From Spirochaetaceae bacterium (GTDB lineage Bacteria > Spirochaetota > Spirochaetia > DSM-2461), in NCBI GenBank assembly GCA_965224705.1, contig OZ245056.1, positions 1,632,001-1,696,000 on the forward strand: DNA of 64,000 nucleotides. Direction: 5' to 3'. The notes under the pieces are model-generated. The model searched no databases. It was not told the origin of the DNA and saw nothing but the letters and a program-made list of their open reading frames with translations. Every line of letters begins with the position of its first letter. The stretch's first letter is position 1. The position numbers and the translations under genes are program-made. Positions 51,401 to 60,410 of the stretch are shown here, in pieces.

Positions 51401-51517
51401 CTTTTTCCTGTACCAGTTCGTCTTCGGTAAGTCAAATATTGATTCCTGAGTTCTATACTCATCGAAGATCCTTCTCAGTAACGGAATCATTCCCGTCAGT
51501 CTCATTTTATCGCTCAT
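48398..51517 (-). CDS. ygfK: YgfK flavo-iron-sulfur oxidoreductase
   Basis: Motifs GPAAGPHTQLAQN, STMHGCPP, GVKLTNT and GAGPAG, plus C-terminal ferredoxin motifs. Confidence 0.95.
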   Translation of the reverse strand: MSDKMRLTGMIPLLRRIFDEYRTQESIFDLPKTNWYRKKDERKINILGDNCGTVLGPAAGPHTQLAQNIVASYLTGSRFIELKTVQILDALEIDKPCIDIYDEGYNTEWSTELSLEEAWREYARAWIALHLLEEIFDMKPADETRSFVFNMSVGYDMKGIKTDRMQEYLDRLTDCSEEPLFQQWLGDAARELPAMLKGTGLEHKAVKIPEAIERISSKICHSVTLSTMHGCPPEEIESICHYMLTERKLDTYVKLNPTLLGLDTVQDILTNLGYGYVQLNAEGFKHDLQYPDALDILSRLRKTARDSGLVFGVKLTNTLAVINNRNALPDKEMYLSGRALFPLSIGIADKLSTHFDGDLPISFSGGISIHNVEAVFKTGIRPITLATDLLKPGGYLRQVQMAQKLDNLASWDYPKIDVKALSQLARDSLTDKTLAKDYRGEDEAATPAPLPLFDCYEAPCISACAIGQHIPEYIRLVGEGRYRDAMECIYERNALPSITGHICDHQCQLVCTRLDYDGCINIREVKKAAVLNGMDEYRQSWVKPEVTQNKKVAVVGAGPAGLSAAFFLAREGFPVTVFEREEDAGGVVRYVVPHFRIPREAISSDVDFIKDQGVQFEFNAPENIDIDTLRSQGFEYILLGIGTYQTRDFILEGGNANIHPSVPFLAQFNRDSSTLNMGKHVVVIGAGDTAMDCARSSIRCPGTEKATIVYRRAFRQMPASREEYQSALEDNVDFHWLRNPERFTPDGTLTLRVMELGEKDSSGRRRPVPTDKTETLQVDSIVYAIGDDPDENLLKEVGLKPDRSARVQTFEGGETELTNVFLIGDGRTGTSTIVQCINEGRSAADVICRKENPSWNRTEKIPFMDPVEQKKQIGSKKGEVSARPDTRSGYSVSVFGSTELNRCLECNYICNKCVDVCPNRSNIAVPVQKEPMFNNPFEIVHIDAYCNECGDCGRYCPWEGRPYVDKPTVFNSMKDFENSENPGWLLDSGKLHIRFKGEIMVDPDPKEDGDLRAFMRLYSILKESRPELFAPMDSEGVAV

Positions 51518-52892
51518 GATTCACCTTTCCTCCTTTCACACGAATCGGTTTCTGCAGTCTGCCCCATCCGGCATTCTTACAGCCGCCATTATTTCTATCG
51601 TAAACAATCTTTCCCCGAACAAAGGTGTAATCCACCCGTCCGCGGAACGTCATTCCTTCAAAGGGAGTTACCCTGCCTTTGGATTGGAAGTCATCAATAC
51701 TGACCTTGTGTTCCGCCTTACGGTGTATCAGCACCATATCGGCATCCTTTCCCACGTCCAGAGAACCCTTTCGGTCAAACAGGCCATAGCGTCTGGCCGC
51801 ATTTTCACTCATCACTTCCAGATAGCGCGGCAGAGTAAGTCGACCGGCTAGATATCCTTCGGAAAACAAATAAGGAAGGATGGTTTCCGTACCGGCAATC
51901 CCGGCAGAATTGCACCATATATCACCGTGGGCTTTCTCTTCCTTCGTTCCCGGGGCATGGTCTGAAGCAACGAATTCAAGTGTTCCATCGGCCAGAAGTT
52001 CCCACAGCCTCTGACGGTTGCCATCCTCCTTGATGGGGGGAGATATCTTCAGAGCCGGTCCCTGTTCAAGGAAATCCTTTAATGAAAAGGCCAGATACTG
52101 GGGACAGGTTTCCCCTGTCGCAGTGGCCCCGGGCCAGGGTTTCTGAAGCATTTCCGCTGCTTCGGAGGAACCAATGTGCACAATGTGAAGATTGCCTCCC
52201 ACCTCCTGATTGATGCGCAGGGCACTTCCCACAGCCAGAATCTCTGCCAGTTCCGGCCTGCAATCGTACCACTCACGAGGGCTTTTCCCCTGAGTCTGGT
52301 AATAATCAGTGGCATTGTTGACATATTCCGCATCCTCGGCATGCAGTAAGATGATTGTATTCAGTTTCTTCGCATGTTCAAGAATTCGTCGGAAGCGCCA
52401 GTGGTCAACAGCCCCCCACCACGACTCAGCACCGGACACCGCATACACCTTGTAGGCCAGTACATCATCAACGATGGACTCCATGCCGGACTCATAGCCG
52501 GCATCAAACAACTGTCTGGAAAGTCCACCGAAAAAGGCAAAATCACAGTGTGCCCTGGGCTGCACCACTGAAAGCTTGTAATCCAGGCTTTTCCGGTCTG
52601 TCACAGGAGGAATTGAGGTACTCGGCATATCCACAACCATGGTAATGCCGCCTGCAACCGCCGCCGATGTTCCATGGAAAAAATCTTCTTTCTCCGTATA
52701 ACCGGGATCATAAAAGTGAACATGCGGATCGATTCCGCCTGGCAGGACCCAGTAATCGGACGCATCCAGCACTTCGTCTGCATTGAGATTGGTTCCGAAC
52801 TCGATAAACTGACCGTTTTCGATCCTGATGTCCCGATATTGGAAATCAGCAGCACCCTGGAAAGCTGTTAGAGCATTTTTTATAATCATCAT
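51507..52892 (-). CDS. Cyclic amidohydrolase (allantoinase/hydantoinase/dihydroorotase family)
   Basis: Motifs PGGIDPHVH, LHAED, ETCPQYL, ASDHAP and GKDAD. Confidence 0.88.
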   Translation of the reverse strand: MMIIKNALTAFQGAADFQYRDIRIENGQFIEFGTNLNADEVLDASDYWVLPGGIDPHVHFYDPGYTEKEDFFHGTSAAVAGGITMVVDMPSTSIPPVTDRKSLDYKLSVVQPRAHCDFAFFGGLSRQLFDAGYESGMESIVDDVLAYKVYAVSGAESWWGAVDHWRFRRILEHAKKLNTIILLHAEDAEYVNNATDYYQTQGKSPREWYDCRPELAEILAVGSALRINQEVGGNLHIVHIGSSEAAEMLQKPWPGATATGETCPQYLAFSLKDFLEQGPALKISPPIKEDGNRQRLWELLADGTLEFVASDHAPGTKEEKAHGDIWCNSAGIAGTETILPYLFSEGYLAGRLTLPRYLEVMSENAARRYGLFDRKGSLDVGKDADMVLIHRKAEHKVSIDDFQSKGRVTPFEGMTFRGRVDYTFVRGKIVYDRNNGGCKNAGWGRLQKPIRVKGGKVNHER

Positions 52893-53076
52893 TCACCCCC
52901 ATCGGTTTAAAATTCACGAATTACAGATCTTTCAGGGAGAGAGAGATTATTAAAACATCCTTAAAGATCCGCAATCCTTTTTGTTTTTAATCTGAAAAAA
53001 AGGAATTGGAAAAATCAGAATGACCCCAGTACAAGCCTGTGCTCACATTGATTAAAGGATAAGAACCTGGATCCAG

Positions 53077-53105
53077 AGTATAGGATAGATAGTTTTTGTC
53101 GTCAA
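53077..53105 (-). promoter_or_regulatory. Sigma70 promoter of the purine-degradation operon
   Basis: TTGACG-N17-TATACT about 180 nt upstream of the first start codon. Confidence 0.65.
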
Positions 53106-53123
53106 GATGAAACACTGCATCAG

Positions 53124-53337
53124 CAGGGCAATTGCATCTAAAATCCACTTATGAAAGCCTTATTCATGATTCTTAACCGCAGAGAACGCAGAGAACGCAG
53201 AGTGTTCAAGGTAATTATTCACATCACAACGATAACAAAAAGTTGACAAATTCCTCCTATTGAAGGAAACTCCATTCGTTCCCCCAGAAATTAGTGTTTT
53301 TCATTTTTTTGGGATAGAATTAGATGCGATTGCCCTG
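53124..53337 (+). mobile_element. ISAs1-like MITE (214 bp)
   Basis: TIRs CAGGGCAATTGCATCTAA and TTAGATGCGATTGCCCTG. The right end reads LDAIAL, like ISAs1 transposase C-termini. Confidence 0.85.
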
Positions 53338-54197
<860 letters not shown>

Positions 54198-54221
54198 ATT
54201 CACCATTTCAACCTGATGCAG

Positions 54222-54619
54222 CAGGGTAATTGCATCTAATTCTGTCCCAAAAAGAATGAAAAACACTGATTTTCGAGGTCAATGGAAATTTTTATCCAGT
54301 GTCTCAAAGAATGTGGAATCTCCTCAAAGCGGCATTAAACCGCAGAGAACGCAGAGGTTCGCAGAGAGATATAGGGCAGCTCTTAAAACCGCTTAGAGCT
54401 GCCCGTGGGCGCATGGACGCACCCACATTTTGGGCAAAACGCCCAAAAATGGAGAAAAAGTCTTACTTTAGTCCGGGTTTTTTCGTCTCTATAGCATAAA
54501 CAGATTGGTCAACATTTATCTTGAACACTCTGCGCTCTCTGCGTCCTCTGCGGTTAAAAACCCATGAATAAGGCTTTGAAGAACACTCTGGCTAGTGGAT
54601 TTTAGATGCGATTGCCCTG
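54222..54619 (-). mobile_element. ISAs1-like MITE (398 bp), opposite orientation
   Basis: Same TIRs; contains inverted ccgcagagaacgcagag units. Confidence 0.85.
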
Positions 54620-54778
54620 GGTGCACTTCGCTGGGGTCTTGATAAGATGGCTATGAGACGGGTTTTTTCGACAAAAAGAAAGTTTAACAAAGAAAAATAC
54701 GACTCAAGGGGGGGGGCTTGAGAATCCCCCCTGCGCTCCGTAAAAAGCGGCTTTTTCAAGCCGTATGCGGGCCAGCTC
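54620..54778 (-). pseudogene. 5' remnant of the same AAA gene fused to the array spacer hairpin element
   Basis: 54620-54670 matches 17689-17744 and 54661-54778 matches the spacer. Confidence 0.8.
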
Positions 54779-54971
54779 TGAGCAAAAAAGCGTCATAAAA
54801 GGAATGGGCCAGGATTCCTGTTTTTGGCAAAGAAGTATGTCTAAAACATTAAAAGGCATGGCAGAAACTTCATTTTCAATGATCATTGGGTCGAGGCAGC
54901 GACATTTCTTCTCGGACTGATACCTTAATGGAGAGTTTTTGAATTAGCTCAATAGTTAACCGGATTTTCTA

Positions 54972-55000
54972 TTGACCCATTACATACTAACATATAGATT
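54972..55000 (+). promoter_or_regulatory. Sigma70-like promoter
   Basis: TTGACC-N17-TAGATT upstream of SD AAGGAG and ATG 55029. Confidence 0.5.
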
Positions 55001-55028
55001 TGGATTACTCGTGGACAAGGAGAGAGTT

Positions 55029-55982
55029 ATGAAAAACTATAAAACAGCAGGAGCGTTACTGGTAATCGCACTCATGATATTGACGGGCTGCCCTTCGCCG
55101 ACGGGGAACGGTGATGGTGTAACTGAGATGAAATTCATCGATATTCAGGGCGGAACCTTCCAGATGGGCAGTACCGACAGCGATGCTAGTCCGGATGAAA
55201 GCCCGGTGCACAGCGTAACGGTGGATTCGTTTTCAATGACCGAAACGGAGGTGACCCACCGGCAGTATTTGGAATTTCTAAACGATGCCGGAGTGTCTGC
55301 ATCCGGGGAGCTGAATGGCAACAAGGTGATAGATATGGGAACATATAGCTTTACAGCTTTTAGCCATGACGGCACGAAGTTTATCTTTTCCATATCAGAA
55401 AAAGCGGATGATATTGACTGTCCGGTGATGGAAGTGACGTGGTACGGAGCCGTGGAATACAGCAACTGGCTGAGTGAACAAGATGGTCTCACCAGGGCGT
55501 ATACCATAAGCGACACAGACAGCACAGATGTAACCTGGGACCAGACTGCCAACGGCTACCGTTTGCCGACGGAAGCGGAGTGGGAGTATGCGGCTCGGGG
55601 AGGGGGCCAATCACAGGGGTATAAGTATGCTGGGAGTAACGATGTGAGTGAAGTGGGGTGGTATTGGGATAATTCCGAGTTTAAGACCCATCCGGTGAAG
55701 GGAAAGAAGGCCAATGAACTGGGCTTGTATGACATGAGCGGTAATGTGGCGGAGTGGTGCTGGGATTGGTATGCTTCGTATTCAAGTTCCCCTGAAAACA
55801 ATCCCACAGGTCCGTCTTCAGCCCCGGACGACATACGCTCGGCACGAGTCCTTCGGGGCGGTAACCACTCCAGTTTCACCGGTCGCTACAGTAGTTTGCG
55901 TTCAACTAAGCGCATCGGTACCCTCCTCCCTGGCACCGGCTCAGACAAGTACGGGTTCCGGCTGGCCCGGTCTGCGGATTGA
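55029..55982 (+). CDS. FGE-sulfatase (SUMF1/CLec-fold) domain lipoprotein
   Basis: Lipobox ILTGC, then GTFQMGS, TEVT, GYRLPTEAEWEYAARGG, NELGLYDMSGNVAEWC and RVLRGG...GFRLAR. Confidence 0.92.
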   Translation: MKNYKTAGALLVIALMILTGCPSPTGNGDGVTEMKFIDIQGGTFQMGSTDSDASPDESPVHSVTVDSFSMTETEVTHRQYLEFLNDAGVSASGELNGNKVIDMGTYSFTAFSHDGTKFIFSISEKADDIDCPVMEVTWYGAVEYSNWLSEQDGLTRAYTISDTDSTDVTWDQTANGYRLPTEAEWEYAARGGGQSQGYKYAGSNDVSEVGWYWDNSEFKTHPVKGKKANELGLYDMSGNVAEWCWDWYASYSSSPENNPTGPSSAPDDIRSARVLRGGNHSSFTGRYSSLRSTKRIGTLLPGTGSDKYGFRLARSAD

Positions 55983-56269
55983 AATCATCCTCCAACAGGG
56001 ACTCGGGGCTCGGGGGTGAGTTTCGGCGACTGTCCGGAGGGCTGGGGAACGAAGCCCGAAAGACGGACTGCCGTCGAAGCGGTAGGGAGACTTAAGGAAA
56101 ATGCAGCTTGCACTCTTTCTGCGGCCTTCCTTTGTGTTCAGACGATGCGTCATTTTCTGTTTCCAGGAAGCATCCGCGGATCGGTTTACACGGACCATCT
56201 CGCTGCTGTAAATTGAAGTGTGCGAAATCGCGGCCATACTATCGGAAAAGGCCGTGGACGGAGGCAGCA

Positions 56270-56439
56270 ATGATGAACGAAACAGACGAAAACAAACCGA
56301 AGGTACGAACCTGCCTCTGGTTCGACGGCAGCGGTGAACAAGCCGCTGAGTTCTACGTCTCGATCCTGCCTACAGCGCCATGCTGAAGATGAAAAAGATC
56401 GACATCGCTGCACTCGAGACGGCGTTCCGTGGAGAATGA
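56270..56439 (+). pseudogene. Internally deleted VOC/PhnB gene
   Basis: N-terminus KVRTCLWFDGSGEQAAEFYVSILP is joined out of frame to C-terminus AMLKMKKIDIAALETAFRGE*. Confidence 0.7.
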
Positions 56440-56445
56440 CAGCCG

Positions 56446-56694
56446 ATGGGCTCAGCTATTGGCACAGGAGTCGTCCACGAAGTGCCCACAGACCTCCACA
56501 AGGCGCTCAAGGCCGCATCTGAGGTCCGGGAAGCATGGAACGACCTTACCCCCCTCGCTCGCAATGAATGGATCTGCTGGGTCATCTCCGTGAAGAAGCC
56601 GGAAACAAGGCGAAAGCATATAGAACGAACCTGCGCCGAGCTTCTGGAGGGAAAACGCCGACCATGCTGCTGGCCCGGCTGCCCGCATCGATGA
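56446..56694 (+). CDS. YdeI/OmpD-associated family protein
   Basis: Translation VPTDL...WNDLTPLARNEWICWV...KKPETR...GKRRPCCWPGCPHR. Confidence 0.85.
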   Translation: MGSAIGTGVVHEVPTDLHKALKAASEVREAWNDLTPLARNEWICWVISVKKPETRRKHIERTCAELLEGKRRPCCWPGCPHR

Positions 56695-57533
56695 GGGACA
56701 GAAAGGCTTCGGCAAGGGAATTATCCGCTTCCAGCCCGACAAGCCGATGTCGGCTTCACTCGTCCGCAAAGCATCCCTGTAAGGGATCTCCCAGGCGGTT
56801 CAATGAGCTGCCGGAGACGACCAGAACGGTCTGCTGCACTCTGGCCGACCGGCTCAAGGCCGCACTTCCGGGCACCGTCCATGGCATCTACCTGCACGGT
56901 GCCATGGTCTTCCCCGAAACTGACCGCATCGTGGATCTCGACGCCCATAGCATTCTGAACCGGCCCCTATCCGATGCGGAAAAGGAAGCCGTCCTGGCCG
57001 TCCACCGCTCCCTGACGGAAGAGTTCCCGCCCCTGACGAGTGACGATCTGGACGTCTGGTACATTCTTCTGGAGGAAACCGGGCAGTCCGCTCCGCGGCA
57101 CCAGATCAATCCAGACCTCGCTGACACGTCCTGGGCCCTGCATCGGGCGCACCTGAGAGCCGGATACGGCATCGTCCTGCACGGCCCCCCGCCCTGGGAG
57201 ACGTTCCGGGCACCCACGTGGCCGGAACTCAAGGCGAGTCTCGACGGGGAGCTGAAGTTCGTCCTGGATCATGCCGCAAGGTATCCCGCATACTGCGTCC
57301 TGAACGCCTGCAGGCTGATGGTCAGCTATCAGACCAGGGACGTGGTCTTTTCCAAGAAGACCTCCGCCGAATGGACGATGGACAATTTCCGCGCATGGGA
57401 AGGCCTCATCGCCGCAGCACTCCGCGACTATGCGAAGAGCGCAGGCAGCGGGGATCGGCAACTGCTGACCAAAAAGACGGGGCCCTTCCTGGAATTCGCC
57501 CGGGCTGTCATCGCCGCTGGCAAATCGGATTGA
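56691..57533 (+). CDS. Nucleotidyltransferase with an aminoglycoside adenylyltransferase-like C-terminal domain (start uncertain)
   Basis: Motifs GIYLHGA...DLD, YCVLNACR and SKKTSAEW. Confidence 0.7.
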   Translation: MRDRKASARELSASSPTSRCRLHSSAKHPCKGSPRRFNELPETTRTVCCTLADRLKAALPGTVHGIYLHGAMVFPETDRIVDLDAHSILNRPLSDAEKEAVLAVHRSLTEEFPPLTSDDLDVWYILLEETGQSAPRHQINPDLADTSWALHRAHLRAGYGIVLHGPPPWETFRAPTWPELKASLDGELKFVLDHAARYPAYCVLNACRLMVSYQTRDVVFSKKTSAEWTMDNFRAWEGLIAAALRDYAKSAGSGDRQLLTKKTGPFLEFARAVIAAGKSD

Positions 57534-57915
57534 AGGTGGGTTCCGAAGTATACTCGGGCCGTCCTTTTACTTCATCAAAGGTGGAAGTCCAGTCTGGAAT
57601 TGTTTCAATACCCAGGAGTCTGTCGGATTTTAAGGCTTCGAGGCGATTTTTGATGATTTTTTTCCGATACAAGGCGGCAAAAACGGAACGTAGCTGGGCT
57701 ACGTGAGTATTTTGGCAACGCGGTAGCGGGAAAAAAGGGCAAAAATCGAGCCGTGAGGCGTAAACCCGACAGACTCCCAGAAAAACAAATAAAATCAGAA
57801 CAGGCAGAATGGCAGCAAGTAAAAGGCTGAAAACCCCATCCCCATGCTGATCAGCAGAGGCTTCCGGCTGAATGATAGTAGCCCGTCAGCGGCCATCCGC
57901 AGCATCAGGGATATC
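57530..57915 (-). pseudogene. GtrB-like glycosyltransferase C-terminal remnant, interrupted by a MITE
   Basis: Fragments MLRMAADGLLSFSRKPL and IPDWTST...FDEVKGRPEY lie across a frameshift and the MITE. Confidence 0.45.
57616..57776 (-). mobile_element. 161-bp MITE, TIR GAGTCTGTCGG, TSD CCAG
   Basis: Inverted termini and CCAG on both sides; reverse complement of 58476-58636. Confidence 0.9.
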
Positions 57916-57919
57916 AAGG

Positions 57920-58897
57920 TCATCCGGCCACTGCTATCGAAAACTCCTTAGAATCAAACTCCCTGTGGATTTCTGATAGAAGCGAAAAGAAGGCATCACC
58001 AAGTTCCTGTGGAGGTTGTGGGTCACAAATGGATTTTCCCCTGATAGGATAAGTCCCGGGCAAACCCTTATTGTGCTTGAGAATGAATTCCTTGTATTCC
58101 GGCGATATATAGAAAGTGACTGTAAGCCTGTGCGTCGGTCTATCTTTATCGTACCCTATTTCCAGCATTTCTGGAGACAGATAACCATTGAGAGGTTTCC
58201 CGTTTAGTTGTGCTGATGCAAGATATTTTTTTATAAACATAGCAACAGGATGCACATCCGCAGATTCGTAAACTATACCCTTCTCGCTCGAAACCATGAA
58301 AGAGCCAACCAGGTCCGAACGTACATACGGGTGTGAAATATGATATCCGGAGGACTCTGGATACTCTTGACACAACGCTTTAATGAGGACGGTTTCCAAA
58401 TCCCCCACTGTTAAATCAGGCTCATTCAACATAAGAGGGGTACTATAGAAATGAATATTTGTAATCCTTCCATAGGAGTCTGTCGGACTTACGCCTCACG
58501 GCTCGATTTTTGCCCTTTTCCCCTGCTGCTGCGTTGCCAAAATACTCACGTAGCCCAGCTACGCTCCGTTTTTGTCGCCTTGCATCAGGAAAAAATCATC
58601 AAAAATCGCCTCAAAGTCTTAAAGTCCGACAGACTCATAGAGTTCTGACGATTCTTCCATAATGAAGTAATCGCTGAGTACTTTTCCATTAATTTTGGTT
58701 TTCTTCAGGTGATCCGCTATAAAAGAAACAACCTCATAACCTACCCCAACCCCGTCATCTAATCGTGTGATGGACAGTCCGAAATCAGGATGGGCTTCAT
58801 AGGAAAAGGCCGGCAATACACCGGCCAAAGGGAGAATCAGGAAAAATGCCATCATCAATGGATTTCGCCTCTTTATACAGATCCTCAAAAGCATCAA
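57920..58897 (-). pseudogene. Secreted hypothetical protein gene split by a MITE
   Basis: Removing the MITE plus one TSD fuses ORFs 58619-58897 and 57920-58432 in frame (EESSELYGRITNIHFYSTPLMLNEP). Confidence 0.8.
58476..58636 (+). mobile_element. 161-bp MITE, TIR GAGTCTGTCGGACTT, TSD ATAG
   Basis: Perfect 15-bp TIR and ATAG on both sides. Confidence 0.92.
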
Positions 58898-59109
58898 TGG
58901 AGTTTAATTTGTTGGAGCTGCGCAGTCAATACTTTACACAGCTTCCCAAAATTTGAAATTCTTCTCCTCAAATTCGGAAATCAAAGGAGTAAGGGAGTTT
59001 TTGAATTAGCTCGAATCAATATGATTTCTTTATATCTCTATATGAGATTCACAATACATTCACAACTGTCAAATACCTTCAATCAGATTTGAAGGAGGCG
59101 GAGCGTGAA

Positions 59110-60408
59110 ATGCGGGAACCAATAGTTCAGGCGGAAAAGCTAAAACCCGTGCGGACACCCAGACAAAAGCGTCAATGGCGGATTGTTTTGACTCTGCTGG
59201 CGGCCCTCCCGCTGCTGGCCGGGGGGGGATATCTTCTTTTGATGCCGCGTGAAAGGGTATTTCGGTTAACAGACTATACAATTGATACTGTTCAGAAGGG
59301 AGATTTATCCCAGACCACCCAGGCCAGCGGAACGGTGTCCATTCCATCCACCCTGAGCGTGCTTAGCCCGGAATCGGGTTACGCGGCAACTCTTATGGTG
59401 GAGGAAGGAGAATTCGTACAAAAGGGGCGGATACTGGCCCGGCTGGATGTGCCGGATCTGCTGTTGGAGTTGGAGGATCTGCTGATCGATTTACAGATAA
59501 AACGCCAGAACCTGGATACGTCTCTGGAGGAAACACGGTTTGCGCTTATGAAACTGCAAAAAAGCGTGGACTACGCGGCGGAAGACATTCAGGACGCGCG
59601 GGACGATGTGGCCCGCATGGAAAAACTGGTAGAGATAAACGATTCCCGGCAGAGCGAACTGGATACGGCCAATACAAGCCTGCGGACACTTGTACGCGGA
59701 AAGGATGATCTGGTTTTCAGTATGGAGGAAACCCGGTCGCTTGCCCTGCTTTCCCAGGAGAGCCAGAAGGCGGAAATCACCCGCGTGGAAACAGAGGTGG
59801 CCCGATTGCGGGAGCGTATCGATGATGCGTCTATAAGAAATCCCATGGACGGGGAAGTGCTGGAAATCGCGGCGGCCCTGGCGGTTCCAGGAACACTGAT
59901 TGGGGTGAATGAACCCTTGTTCAGCATCGCGGACCGAAAAACGGCCATTGTGGAGCTGGACGTATCAGAGGTGTACAGCGGATTGATCGAACCGGGACTG
60001 CCGGTGCGGCTGACGGTGGGTAATCAGCAGATTTCCGGTTCGGTAACGGCGGTGGGCAAGGTGGCGACGGCATCCAGCGATGGTATTGGCTCCACGGTGG
60101 TGGTGAAAGTTAAACCACAGGGCGATCCGGCGGTGCTTGTGCCGGGGTCCACCGTGGTGGGCGAGATGAGGGTCGGTCAGCAGGCTGATGCCCTGTATCT
60201 TCCCCGCGGTCCCTACCTGACAACGGGAAGCCAGAAGTACCTGTATGTGGTTGACGGGAGTACCGCGATAAAACGGGAGGTCAGTTTTGGAACGGTGCAG
60301 GGGAACAATGTTGTGATACTTCGGGGTATTGAGGCCGGAGAAAGGGTTTTGGTCAGCGGTTATCAGAACTTTATTGAATACAATGAAATCAAACTGGAGG
60401 AAAAATAG
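59110..60408 (+). CDS. Periplasmic adaptor (MFP) subunit, MacA-like
   Basis: N-terminal TM segment, VEEGEFVQKG, a long coiled coil and IRNPMDGEV. Confidence 0.9.
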   Translation: MREPIVQAEKLKPVRTPRQKRQWRIVLTLLAALPLLAGGGYLLLMPRERVFRLTDYTIDTVQKGDLSQTTQASGTVSIPSTLSVLSPESGYAATLMVEEGEFVQKGRILARLDVPDLLLELEDLLIDLQIKRQNLDTSLEETRFALMKLQKSVDYAAEDIQDARDDVARMEKLVEINDSRQSELDTANTSLRTLVRGKDDLVFSMEETRSLALLSQESQKAEITRVETEVARLRERIDDASIRNPMDGEVLEIAAALAVPGTLIGVNEPLFSIADRKTAIVELDVSEVYSGLIEPGLPVRLTVGNQQISGSVTAVGKVATASSDGIGSTVVVKVKPQGDPAVLVPGSTVVGEMRVGQQADALYLPRGPYLTTGSQKYLYVVDGSTAIKREVSFGTVQGNNVVILRGIEAGERVLVSGYQNFIEYNEIKLEEK

Positions 60409-60410
60409 TT

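Noticed and set aside
33518..52892. Selenocysteine read-through in the selenium-linked cluster
   Set aside because: All ORFs appear full length, and the TGA stops overlap the next start codons rather than interrupting domains.
54933..54950. GAGTTTTTGAATTAGCTC repeated near 58996 as a shared operator
   Set aside because: It could equally be a solo IS or MITE end. No partner TIR or palindrome was found, so it cannot be supported.
57616..58636. Inversion or composite transposon between the two inverted 161-bp MITEs
   Set aside because: Each copy retains its own direct TSD (CCAG and ATAG), which indicates independent insertions.
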